From positions 64,001 to 128,000 of IMG/VR virus record IMGVR_UViG_3300027833_000013: a stretch of 64,000 nt of DNA, one strand, 5' to 3'. The notes beneath the pieces were generated by a model. The model saw nothing but the letters and a program-made list of their open reading frames with translations, was not told where the DNA came from and made no database searches. This document shows positions 42,701 to 50,043 of the stretch, one piece after another. Origin of the DNA: a virus. How positions within the stretch are numbered: the first letter of the stretch is position 1; every line of letters begins with the position of its first letter. The position numbers were made by a program, and so were the translations under genes.

Positions 42701-45537
42701 TTGATCTTAAATGGCCAATGGATAGAAAAATAACAAACACAATCGTTGTTGTTTCTAATATTGAACTATTGAGAAGTGAATACACATTTACTAATATTAA
42801 AGATACTACTAAGGGGTATGATAGAAATATAGGAAGAATATCATTTACTACTCCTCCTAAATTAGGAACAGCAATATCTATTACCTATACTAAAGACACG
42901 AATTTACTAGATGCACAGGATAGGATATCTTTATTATACAATCCGACTACTGGTATGGTAGGACAAGACATTTCACAATTAATGGACGGGATTGATTATG
43001 GCGGTGTTGAGATCAAGAGCTTTGGTTTTGAAGGCAGTGCAGGCTTTGATACTGATCCGTTCTTTACACAAACCTTTGATACTTATGATAATACGTATGA
43101 GGATTTAGTCTTTCAACTAGATGGTTCAACTGCTACACTAATATGGACAACTCCATTAGAAGACGGAGTAATATATAACGTTTATAAAAACAATGTGCGC
43201 ATTGATGATCAGTATTATAACGATTCAAGCGAAGCAACTAATCCAAATGCTAAAATGCTTAGTATTGTCGGTGACGGCACTCAAGTAGAATTAAATATAC
43301 AAGATGCAGGAATAACTGGTGTAGACACTGACACGTTTATTATTAGAAAAACTACTAGTGACGGTAGCTTTAAACCTGACACAACTTCTTATGATACACT
43401 ACTCGATGGCGGCACTACATTATACGATACTGCTAGGGGCATTGACGCCGCAGAAATAGTAGTTGATGGTGACGGATTTGTTACACAAACAACTAATAAA
43501 GGTCCTGAAGAATTAGTACCTGGACAAGTATTAGATACATTAGATCTAAAAGTTGTACATAGGCCAGTTGAAGGCGGCAGTACAATTTATAGTGATGTAT
43601 ATTGGACAGACGGCACTACTGCTACATTTAACTTAGGCGGCCATCCAAATTCAGCAGATGCTGTTTTTGTAAGAATTGACAATGTTAAAGTTGCATCAAC
43701 ACAATACACAGTAGATTATGTAACTAATACAATTACATTTACAACACCTCCAGCTACAAGAAAATTGTTAAACACCATTGTATTAGGGTCTGCAGGCCAA
43801 AAGATATTAGATATTAATACATTTACTGGAGACGGAAGTACAATAGAGTTTATTACTAATGTAGAATGGCAAACAGGAATGACAAACTTTGTTAATATTA
43901 ACGGAGTATCGCAAGAAGTTACTGTTTTCTCAGCAGAAAGTAGTTATGGTGTTGACGAAGGTTACGCAGGACTAAGATTTACAACTGCACCTGCACTTGA
44001 TGCAGTAATTGATTATGGATTGTTTTACGCAACAGGTACTAACTTTAGTCAAGTTGCAAGTCAGACATTTGTAGCAGACGGTAGCACATTGACATATGCT
44101 CTTGTAAATCCACCAATAGGTAATAATCCAGTTGCTAATCAAACAATTGTTAAAGTTAACGGAACAATATTAGATGCAGGATATAGTGATAGACATGTTA
44201 TTAGCGCCAACGTACTACAATATCAATTACAGAATTGGCAGCTAGGATTAAACACGATTAGAGGCCAAGACATTGAAATTTACTTAGACGGCATTAAGTT
44301 AGTTAGGAATATCCAATACAAATGGGATTCTGCTAGTAATATAGTTAATATGACAGCTAACGTAGCAACTGCTGGACAAATACTTGATGTGTTCTTAATA
44401 GCTGATGGTGCATATGCATTTGGATATGTAGGAATTGAAGCCGGAGTAGATAGTTCAACTAAGTTTATTTCAACTCCTGGTACCATATACTTTGACACTG
44501 CTCCTGGAATAGATGCTGTTGTTGAAATAACTACATTTAGTAATCACGACATTCAAGATATTGAAAGAATTAAGTATAATGTAATTAGTAGAACTTCAGT
44601 ATCAGAGGGTACTGTAGACTTCCAAGAATATACATTATTAACAAACGGATTTGTAAAATTACGCAAGCCTGTTAACGATTCGAGATATGTTTGGGTAATA
44701 TTAAATGGAATACAACTAACCCCGGCAACTGATTATTATGTAACTGAAGATCAAATGCATATTAAAATTGTTAAAGCCATTAGTGCAAATGACATTGTTG
44801 AATTAATTCACTTTACTGCTACTCCGACTAGCCAAAAGTTTGGATTTAGACAATTTAAGGATGTGCTCAATCGTGTTCACTACAAGCGGATGGATGAAAC
44901 GAATAAGTATATGTTAAGCCAACCACTTAATTGGTATGACTTAAAAATTGAACTTTTAGATGCAACCGGGTTGCCGACCCCTAACAAGACATCGAAAATA
45001 CCAGGAGTGGTGTTTATTGATGGTGAGAGAATTGAGTACTTTGTGAAACAAAATAATACTTTAAGACAAATACGTAGAGGAACGCTTGGAACTGGTGTAA
45101 GTACACTATACCCTGCAGGAACTTCTGCAACGGAACAAAGTATTGGCCAAACAATTCCTTATACAGACGAAACACTTACACAAGTACTTACAGCAGACGG
45201 TACGTCTACTGCGTATGTATTAGATTTTATACCTAATAATGTAAATGAATTTGAAGTATTTGTTGCAGGCAAGCGTCTAAGAAAGAACGCAATATCAATC
45301 TTTAACCCAATTCTTGACTTAGATAGTCCCGAGGGCGACGAAACGGCAAACGCTGAGTTTAGCGTAGACGGTAATACTAGTACGTTAACACTTAGTGTTG
45401 CGCCATTAGAGAATCAAAAAATTATTATTATAAGAAAACTAGGCAAACTTTGGACAGACGCCGGAACTAGCCTAACTAGACAAGAAAATGACATTGCGAG
45501 GTTCCTTCGAGCGAAAGTTACGGAGCTAGTCAAATAA
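30736..45537 (+). CDS. Giant (4933 aa) baseplate wedge / adhesin-like virion protein (gp7 position)
   Basis: Uninterrupted ORF following gp6. Contains FG-GAP-like propeller repeats, CBM5/12-like W...Y..G..V.Y motifs, GxGY..P repeats and F.GDG.T..F repeats. Confidence 0.75.
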   Translation: MAYNDDQNEYPLPVNGKSNRKSAELLPRYFRTETNTKFLNATLDQVTTPGTAKKLNGYYGRKTANAYSPKDIYLGDVTAQRETYQLEPSLISKDLLGNVLFYKDYNDFRNQLSVLGGSVSNESLLNSQEYYAWNPNLDWDKLANFREYYWLPNGPANVTVFGQNDDVTSTYTVSSVDNLGNRGYTFNGNLTQNPTLELYRGQTYIFDIDAAGLPLTFRTSRAIESDNEYAIGITNSGTDTGSITFTVPLEAPDRLYYVAQTDINTGGTIRIADIESNTSIDVATDILNKKTYTTANGFALMNGMKIKFEGTVTPEIYATNTWYVEGVGDKIKLIKDTDLTIPQAYSADINVLFDANPFDNLPYSRANSYSATKDYIVINRSSPDKSAWARNNRWFHKSVLEKTAELNGEVFNIDQSARAKRPIIEFNAGLKLFEFGTEAKTENVDLIDTFTTDVFSTINGKEGYSIDGVDITDGMRILFTADTDLLVKDKIYKVKFIKHNSTVAQIALIEESDTLPIANQVALIIAGTNAGKQYYYNGYAWKLAQYKSTANQPPLFEIFDDLGYSYTDSSTYPVSDFIGNKLFSYKVGTGKADIELGFPITYKSLENVGDITFDFNLVTDSFNYQINNTPLSKNTDVGFCKVYTDITSFEYCNGWATTKTNTVQKVIRQYDVATAQADFAIDVYDKSGTLTDLTVAVQVNSAWRFDYTLVTVDNVKTVRFAIAIPANSSVVIKTNSNTIKNANGYYEFPHAMEKNPQNENLSSFTLGEVNDHVFSMLEDLPGFAGTFPGPSNLGNLGNINPYGKKFLQYAGSANISAYHITDKDANIIKAIDHARREYRKFKRSFMQVAETLGYDGPTKQHVDLVLKEVNKDKTKTDSYHFSDMVPYEGAKRLEFTVYDTENTFFSLSEKFSLDTLSSKALLVYQNGTQLIHNKDYTFNLDGFVVITATKAKDDLIEIYEFGNTDGCYVPSTPSKLGLFPTFYPTLISDSTYQTATNIIQGHDGSKTVAYNDYRDDLLLDLEKRIFNNIKAKYDTTRLDINDFVPGNDRNTKFTSVQVNNGMMFDFVQWTESLGNIDYSSSSDFYSRDNSFTWNYSQMASWDGTSLRGFWRAVYKSAYDTDRPHTHPWEMLGFSIMPTWWEAQYGPAPYTSDNLVLWEDLQEGRVNVPGASIKIINKYKRSNLLKHIPVNNSGQLLSPQDSGYTSGVVSNIDASFTFGDEAPAETAWRRSGEYPFSLIKSWVLNQPNKVIGLGFDTSRMKKSIAGQWIYTNSGKAISPKDILYPNTITDSNEVLTSGLVNYVIDYLTSEATSDVATYKSKFSLIKNQLGIKLGSFTDNEKLRFILDSRTPFNKGNVFLPKENYNIFLNKSSPLTVASYSGVMVEKAPKGFIVRGYDSTNPIFKYTIPKTSATDPTITVGGISEAFLDWDAGKRYLTGSNIKHNNVFYRVIDTHTSGNTFDTEYFQKIAQLPLTGGVTALYRRTFENTDTTVPYGTILDTVQDVVDFLLGYENYLTSQGFAFDYYNTEQQVVEDWKLSTKEFMYFTTQNWSAGTVISLSPAATRLRFKSNYAVVDDLYDSFYNYSILNANGQKVPETVTRLNREDGVFQMQLRDSVDGIYHAVLPQVQFEHVAVLDNVSDFKDVIYSPATGYRQERIKVLGYVASGWNGSLNIPGFVFDNAEVTEWESWTDYAISSVVKYKEFYYSARVDITGNEAFDSAVWVRLDKRPESKLMPNFDYKINQFADFYDLDSDNFDSEQQKMAQHLIGYQKRQYLENIINDDVSQYKFYQGMIADKGTRNSIDKLFDSLASADKDSVDFYEEWAIKSAQYGASTGFEEIEYQLDESKFKLEPQPIELVDVVPTATTDLTYRIPHHDVFLKPTNYETTRLPTKFLDTEYVKTVGYVTGDDVNRAVNSPAGILAFNPAELDKGAYVWVSSNSQSWDVLKHVNSDIIINTVSVDGPTVSLSCDKTVALEVGDIIGLYNVDQIVGTDSAPTVTEAFYTVSDVYNNTIEITSDNADWQKVETLTNINGIITKFISQRVATLATANDLSTTNLKSLEVIWVDDDDTGKWRVIKNSPVYSQAQTLKSSLSLDSTQHNFGHSIAVNKSNTLLAVGIPDKGNGEVHVFKRSSDANNLVFDQTITAPTSYVDTYDGSTEVTSQKFGESVSFSPDGKYLIIGSPHASNVKTAYKGDYVPGSDYNKNEIIKFGPNLFKAVAVIDGAVDSIPYTTFDSYPNLVSETDSTTLNLLQTGNYKLNSKPNTTHILVRAPKEAYEGSKTGDNIVLKWNNYSNINTQGCNVSVEPFDGQFPEITGALLSDIHPIVAKVENVLYIANFQNLPGIGQTVNSAVASGTVSYVGDSDGAAVVYVSDVNGTFAETGQIAIGNIAIGDYTEDYQNPTAEVGGYWMITTPAYETAADSSNVFTDPGHGLIYQDIIKQDSARTPNYYYNIQDTIQAIGAKVSANDQASFIESFTYEGDPNEVFAVQESNKWAIRVPKAFSDTKTAGDQFYLFLDDQSGIVDLAGTAFTFDITNKQHTINEVLDGYIDFVFDNFSTVTQLPFEPAIGDIVRDASSGATAEVAFYKRQFNDIRIYVKNVTGAWSLGDTYGQTADIIRNGTPNRTMGEIKAVSLGSSEVGKIFVIEETSNFASVATTQLLDKEYWIYDEIILQGIARSANVPSSNNNDWKQVNNILASNSSNASASGLLQEGMISVYTLNEIAQFDYDSSYVIPERQNYKRFGDEIQITQTGTGVKALYRVAVASGGNATESNPGSIHFIKHGSSNTVGNTYETYQWQLDINPLFKGQFTSTVFYKVNEIVNYNGILYSAKINIASGSAFVPSSWTELSNTTTHVGYIPSTPEQLLIGEDIYSPEGGIRDFAQKFDQDDAGEVLITSTKIQGNDSTGERAVNVYRQVNGQFTISQTITSPYIDVSTDTLTGYADAIAISADGTMIAIGEPYNNSIEIQQGKVYLYKLTNGTFTLSQTLFSHNNEVAEQFGSAVGFDGNQLAVTSLQGDIEIATTYDADTTYFDNKFTNFKKVNMDSGVIYIYERINNTLVYAEQFIFDDYDSMLFGKNLLVSNNHVYASMPRMTDYTTYQGMVVDYRKVLGKTAWVTHRSPLDQVDLTNIKSAFLYNTKTNTLISDIDIIDPVQGKIPGTAEQELSFKTYYDPASYNVGDASVVVDKLASWTNNTVGKLWWDLSAVKYYNYYQNDITYQTNFWAEVFPGTSIDVYEWVESNIIPSEWDSIADTEQGIASGISGLSKYGDTIYSQALVWDNIAATSTVKYFFWVLNKRTIPNVDFRLLSAQQVQTLIKDPAGSGYKFAALMSKDRFALFNVSNLINNKDVALNIRYWTTENKNQNVHNEYQLISQGVANSKPNKDIERKWFDSLIGYDIKDRLVPDPSLSVKTKYGIQDRPRQGIFVNREEALKQVVERVNDTLKKHIIVDEFDISNLVKSDPAPANSTLLFDAVIETFEDLQFLGIANKTIPTLTPTITDGEVVQVLITATGRGYIDPSYVSGTRKGPKITVNGIGTGAEVECTLNELGQIATVNIINAGEGYDENTTLTVRNFAALVTTDSNVSNKWSIYDLVDNKWVRRVSQRYDTNLYWKYADWYAPGYNNFTAVVDLISASYLLDSLVDNDIGDTVKIENVGSGGWLLLEKIDNQINVDYTVNYKTVGKQNATIQFIDTLYNVSKSKIGFDSNNYDTVFFDAQPVTETRIILETIRDNLFVDNLEAEYNTLFLASVRYAFSEQPNIDWAFKTSFVKAQHNLGDLAQKVTFKNDNLESYQTYINEVKPYKTKVREYVSSFTNTDLTSTTTADFDLSPKYDVAEGKITASNAKVSSTNVYGERDVSSYPDKHWFDNVGYKITSVDIGNKGTAYTLPPVVKFEGGGGTGATAKAFLNNGKLSEIKILTQGSGYISAPTVVLDGGLSDTGTIGRATAILGNGVVRGTKVSFKFDRVSGVPYITTLATTETFNGTGSKFNFDLKWPMDRKITNTIVVVSNIELLRSEYTFTNIKDTTKGYDRNIGRISFTTPPKLGTAISITYTKDTNLLDAQDRISLLYNPTTGMVGQDISQLMDGIDYGGVEIKSFGFEGSAGFDTDPFFTQTFDTYDNTYEDLVFQLDGSTATLIWTTPLEDGVIYNVYKNNVRIDDQYYNDSSEATNPNAKMLSIVGDGTQVELNIQDAGITGVDTDTFIIRKTTSDGSFKPDTTSYDTLLDGGTTLYDTARGIDAAEIVVDGDGFVTQTTNKGPEELVPGQVLDTLDLKVVHRPVEGGSTIYSDVYWTDGTTATFNLGGHPNSADAVFVRIDNVKVASTQYTVDYVTNTITFTTPPATRKLLNTIVLGSAGQKILDINTFTGDGSTIEFITNVEWQTGMTNFVNINGVSQEVTVFSAESSYGVDEGYAGLRFTTAPALDAVIDYGLFYATGTNFSQVASQTFVADGSTLTYALVNPPIGNNPVANQTIVKVNGTILDAGYSDRHVISANVLQYQLQNWQLGLNTIRGQDIEIYLDGIKLVRNIQYKWDSASNIVNMTANVATAGQILDVFLIADGAYAFGYVGIEAGVDSSTKFISTPGTIYFDTAPGIDAVVEITTFSNHDIQDIERIKYNVISRTSVSEGTVDFQEYTLLTNGFVKLRKPVNDSRYVWVILNGIQLTPATDYYVTEDQMHIKIVKAISANDIVELIHFTATPTSQKFGFRQFKDVLNRVHYKRMDETNKYMLSQPLNWYDLKIELLDATGLPTPNKTSKIPGVVFIDGERIEYFVKQNNTLRQIRRGTLGTGVSTLYPAGTSATEQSIGQTIPYTDETLTQVLTADGTSTAYVLDFIPNNVNEFEVFVAGKRLRKNAISIFNPILDLDSPEGDETANAEFSVDGNTSTLTLSVAPLENQKIIIIRKLGKLWTDAGTSLTRQENDIARFLRAKVTELVK

Positions 45538-45561
45538 ATACATATAGCAGTGAGAGACAAA

Positions 45562-46167
45562 ATGACAGATAAATTAAATGATACATCAGGAATAGCAGTC
45601 CAAGGACACATTAAAATAAGTGATCCTAAAACTGGCGAAGTATATGTTGACAAGCGCAATGCAATTCATTATGAAAATATGAGTCTTGCACTTGCTGAAA
45701 GTTTAGCTAATGCAGGTAAAGGACCCATTTACGAAATGAGTTTTGGTAATGGCGGCACTAGTGTCGACCCAACTGGCATTATTACATATTTAACGCCTAA
45801 TAGTACAGGAACAAATGCTAGTTTATACAATCAAACATTTACTAAAGTAGTAGATGATTTAAGTACAAACAACACAGATCCTGTAAGAAACAAATTAGAA
45901 ACTAGGCACGTAAGTGGTACTAATTATACAGATATAATTGTAACGTGTTTGCTTGATTACGGCGAGCCGTCGGGCCAAGATGCATTTGATACTGCAACAG
46001 ATGCTTCGAGTACATATGTGTTCGACGAATTAGGATTAAAAAGCTATGATCCGGCGGGCGCAGGCAAATTAATTACACATGTAATTTTCCATCCTGTACA
46101 AAAATCATTAAATAGACTTATACAAATTGATTATACTGTACGAGTCCAAAGTTTGTCAGGAGCATAA
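45562..46167 (+). CDS. Baseplate/tail-fibre attachment protein
   Basis: YVFDELGL...LITHVIFHPVQKSLNR; between the wedge and fibre genes; TAAATA at 45535-45540. Confidence 0.6.
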   Translation: MTDKLNDTSGIAVQGHIKISDPKTGEVYVDKRNAIHYENMSLALAESLANAGKGPIYEMSFGNGGTSVDPTGIITYLTPNSTGTNASLYNQTFTKVVDDLSTNNTDPVRNKLETRHVSGTNYTDIIVTCLLDYGEPSGQDAFDTATDASSTYVFDELGLKSYDPAGAGKLITHVIFHPVQKSLNRLIQIDYTVRVQSLSGA

Positions 46168-46171
46168 TTAA

Positions 46172-48199
46172 ATGGCATATACTATTAACTTTACAGATTT
46201 TACAAATAAAGGTAGCATTACAGTTGAAGACAATACCTTAAATGTACAAACTAGTTTAAGTTTTCCTGGAAGACAGACTACTGCTTACGGTACTGCACTT
46301 AACGAAAACTTTTTACATATATTAGAAAATTTTGCAAACGTAACTGCACCAAGTAACCCTGTTGAAGGACAAATTTGGTACGATAATACTCCAGGTAGTG
46401 AACAGTTAAAAGTATACGACTCAACTCAATGGGTTGCATCCGGTGGCTTAAAGAAAGCACTAACATCGCCAGAGGCAGCAAACAGCGTAGTTGGTGATTT
46501 ATGGGTAGACACTGATAACCAACAGTTATATTTGTTCACTGGCTCTGGATGGGTATTAGTTGGTCCAGACTTTAGCGGAGGCCTTACTACAGGAGCACAA
46601 TCAGTTGAAATAGTAGGACAAGATAACATTGTGTACAATGCAGTACAAGTTGAAGTTGCGGCTAAACCAGTAGCAATAATTTCAACAGATAGTTTTACTC
46701 CTAAGGCAGTAATTAGTGGGTTTTCACAAATACAGCCGGGGATTAACTTATCTAACACAAATATTTCAGGTGACGGTATACCAAAGTTTGTAGGGCCTGC
46801 AGACCAAGCAGAAAACTTATTAGTTGGTACTACTAAAGTACCGGCAGCAAACTTTTTAAGAAGCGATGCAGTAAGTACAACAAACTTTCAAATTAAAATT
46901 AAAAATGATTCCGGACTATTATTAGGTAGCGGCAATCAGCTTGCACTTGAAGTAGAAGGCGAAGCTGGGGTAATTACACATAACACAAGTGGCAGTAATA
47001 TTGATATTAGAGTTAACAATTCTGGCACAACACAAACAGCAATTAGAATTGATTCAAATACAAACGTTGGAATTAACAACACTGCACCTGCAGAAAGTTT
47101 AGATGTAACCGGAAATATTAAGTTAAGTGGAAACGTATTTGTAGATGGCACTACAGCAAGTTCGAACTTTGGAAATGGCGCATTAGTTGTTAAAGGCGGT
47201 GTTGGCATTGCAGGCAATTTAAACGTTGGCGGCACATTTGATATTGACGGAATACTTACTACACAGAATGTAGCACCAGATTCGCCAAACGTAAGGAATA
47301 TTGGTAACACAGCAAACAAATATTTAGGTATATATGCAACTACATTTAACGGAAACTTGCTTGGTAATGTAACAGGTACAGTTAGTGGCAGAGCAGGTAG
47401 TGCTGATAAATTAGCAAGTAGTACAAACTTTCAAATGACAGGCGAAGTTATTGCTAATCAATTAGTATTTGACGGCCAAACAGGCGGCAGTACAAAGGTA
47501 TTTACGACTTCGGTATCAAACGCATTCATTAGTAATAAGACAAGTACAAATAACACTGTATCTGATGACGAATTCCTATTAAACCGAACAACAGGCACAA
47601 CTGGTCTTTATAGAGTTAGTAGAAATACACTATTAGCAAGTGTACCAACTAACCCAGTAGGTGTGTTAATGCCATACGCTGGTAGAACAGCACCTGCACA
47701 TTGGCTACTTTGTGATGGTTCAGAAGTACTACAATCAGATTATCCATTTTTGTTTACATTAATTGGGTTTGATTATAAGCAATCTAACTTGTTAAGCGAT
47801 AACGGCGTATTAAAATTTGCATTACCTGATTTAAGAGGCCGTAGTGCAGTTGGTTTAGATAATATGGGCGGCGATGCCGCAGGCAGAGTTACTGGATTAC
47901 GTGGTTCAGAAATTGGTAACAGTGCTGGTACAGAAGATGTAACAATTGGACTTAATAATCTACCAGAACACGAACACGATTTAGTTGTTGAGGGAACACA
48001 ATTTTACGCAATACTTGATGCGGCAAAAGGTGCAGAAAGTCCTGCTTCATCTATTACATACGACTCCCCAACAGGAAGCGGCCAAGGGCAAGCTGTTTCA
48101 ACTAGTGGCGGAGTAGCAGGCACAACGGGCACAGCAATAGATACAATGAATCCGTTTATGTCGATGAATTATATTATCTACACTGGAAACATAACATGA
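46172..48199 (+). CDS. Tail fibre protein with phage tail collar domain (gp10/gp12-like)
   Basis: PVGVLMPYAG..AP..WLLCDGS, LPDLRGR, PFMSMNYII collar motifs; shared N-terminal NENF..LE.F domain. Confidence 0.85.
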   Translation: MAYTINFTDFTNKGSITVEDNTLNVQTSLSFPGRQTTAYGTALNENFLHILENFANVTAPSNPVEGQIWYDNTPGSEQLKVYDSTQWVASGGLKKALTSPEAANSVVGDLWVDTDNQQLYLFTGSGWVLVGPDFSGGLTTGAQSVEIVGQDNIVYNAVQVEVAAKPVAIISTDSFTPKAVISGFSQIQPGINLSNTNISGDGIPKFVGPADQAENLLVGTTKVPAANFLRSDAVSTTNFQIKIKNDSGLLLGSGNQLALEVEGEAGVITHNTSGSNIDIRVNNSGTTQTAIRIDSNTNVGINNTAPAESLDVTGNIKLSGNVFVDGTTASSNFGNGALVVKGGVGIAGNLNVGGTFDIDGILTTQNVAPDSPNVRNIGNTANKYLGIYATTFNGNLLGNVTGTVSGRAGSADKLASSTNFQMTGEVIANQLVFDGQTGGSTKVFTTSVSNAFISNKTSTNNTVSDDEFLLNRTTGTTGLYRVSRNTLLASVPTNPVGVLMPYAGRTAPAHWLLCDGSEVLQSDYPFLFTLIGFDYKQSNLLSDNGVLKFALPDLRGRSAVGLDNMGGDAAGRVTGLRGSEIGNSAGTEDVTIGLNNLPEHEHDLVVEGTQFYAILDAAKGAESPASSITYDSPTGSGQGQAVSTSGGVAGTTGTAIDTMNPFMSMNYIIYTGNIT

Positions 48200-50010
48200 G
48201 CTATAAATTAAATAAAACAGACGGAACTTTACTTGTAGATTTAATAGACGGATCGATAGATACAGCTAGTACATCACTTTCGCTAGTAGGCAGGAACTAT
48301 TCAGGATTTGGTGAAATAATAAATGAAAACTATATTAAGTTATTAGAGAGTTTTTCAAATTCATCAAGTCCACTTAACCCTATTGCAGGACAAGTTTGGT
48401 GGGACACATCAGATGCTAGATTAAAAGTATATACAGGAACAGCATTTAATCCAGTTGGTGCTCCGTTTGTGCAATCTTCACAGCCTAGCATGGTTGCTGG
48501 CGATTTATGGATTAACAATAACGAAGATCAGCTGTATTTCTTTGATGGTGCAGGTGTTCCTACACTAGCAGGACCAGCATATTCGTCACAACAAGGTAAG
48601 TCGGGCTTTATAATAGTATCAAGACTTGATACACAGAGCAGGAATAGAACATGTGCTGACTTATATGTTGGTGGAACGTTAATGGCTGTAATGAGTGCTA
48701 TTGAATTTACTCCTGCAACAGCGATTTCTGGTATAACTGGCAATGTTAAAAAAGGTATTAATGTTATTGATACTAATTCTTCAACAGGATTTACGTATCA
48801 AGGAGTTGCAGACAAAGCACTAAACTTAATCAAGGCAGATGGTACTTCTGTTAGTGCAGACAGTTTCCTTTCATCAATAGCAGACGGTTCAACAACCGGA
48901 TCATTGCAAGTATTAAACTCCAATGGTATTACAGTAGGACCAAATGCTAATCAGATTATGAAAATAGTCGGTAATAGCTTTGTTACAGAAAATGCTAGAA
49001 TTGATGATGACTATATTATTAAAGTTACTAGTTCTGCGGCAGGATCACAATCTATTGATGCAGTTCATATTGATACATCTAATAAGCGTGTCGGTATATT
49101 TCAATCTACTCCGTTACATACATTAGACGTAACAGGCGATATGCGTGTTACCGGTAACTTAATTGTTGAAGGAGCAAGCGCAAGCATTGACGTTTCGACA
49201 TTAAGAGTTGAAGACAAACAAATAGAACTTGCTATTACAAGTGATAGTACATTACTAAATGATGCAGGCGTTGATGATGCAGGCATACTAGTTAGAGTAA
49301 CTGGTGATGATAAGAGTTTTACTTGGAAGAATGCAACTAAAGCATGGACTTCGTCAGAGCACATGGACATTGTAACAGGCAAGTCATATAAAATTGGCGG
49401 AACTAATGTATTATCAGCAACAACACTAGCTAGTAGTGTAACAAGTGCAACAGGATTAACTACTGTTGGTACATTAGGTAACTTACAAATTGACAATACT
49501 AATATTAATGATGCTACTATTACAACAACTGCATTAGGATTAACAATTACTAGTGCCGATACTATTACTATTAGCAACAGTAGAAGAATTACTGGCGTAG
49601 GTGCGCCATCGGTTGGAGCAGACGTTACGAACAAAACGTATGTAGATCAGCAAATTGCAGGCTCTTCTATTGCGTTTGGTTTAGACATTACTGGATTGAA
49701 CGATACACAGATAGCACTAATCATTAATGACTTAGTTCCGGCAAGTGGCGTATCAAATGGCACAGTAGCTAGAATACACGGCACATCACTCGGCGGAGCA
49801 AATGTTACAGGTATTGATGTTACGGCAGTAACGACTAAATCATTCATAACAGTTGATAAAAACGGAACTGAAAATCAATCCGTTTTACAAGACATTGGAT
49901 TCACTAATGCAACAGGTACAGTAAGCGTAACAGTTACACGAAGTTTGAAGCAATTTATTACCTCCGGTGGTAATTGGACATTTGATCAAAACTTAACAAG
50001 TAGCGTGTAA
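48196..50010 (+). CDS. Tail fibre / baseplate fibre paralogue
   Basis: Same N-terminal domain (LVGRNYSGFGE..NENY..LLE.F...P..GQ.W.D) as the flanking genes. Confidence 0.75.
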   Translation: MSYKLNKTDGTLLVDLIDGSIDTASTSLSLVGRNYSGFGEIINENYIKLLESFSNSSSPLNPIAGQVWWDTSDARLKVYTGTAFNPVGAPFVQSSQPSMVAGDLWINNNEDQLYFFDGAGVPTLAGPAYSSQQGKSGFIIVSRLDTQSRNRTCADLYVGGTLMAVMSAIEFTPATAISGITGNVKKGINVIDTNSSTGFTYQGVADKALNLIKADGTSVSADSFLSSIADGSTTGSLQVLNSNGITVGPNANQIMKIVGNSFVTENARIDDDYIIKVTSSAAGSQSIDAVHIDTSNKRVGIFQSTPLHTLDVTGDMRVTGNLIVEGASASIDVSTLRVEDKQIELAITSDSTLLNDAGVDDAGILVRVTGDDKSFTWKNATKAWTSSEHMDIVTGKSYKIGGTNVLSATTLASSVTSATGLTTVGTLGNLQIDNTNINDATITTTALGLTITSADTITISNSRRITGVGAPSVGADVTNKTYVDQQIAGSSIAFGLDITGLNDTQIALIINDLVPASGVSNGTVARIHGTSLGGANVTGIDVTAVTTKSFITVDKNGTENQSVLQDIGFTNATGTVSVTVTRSLKQFITSGGNWTFDQNLTSSV

Positions 50011-50043
50011 CGATAAATATAATAGACAAAGGGTTAAAAACAC

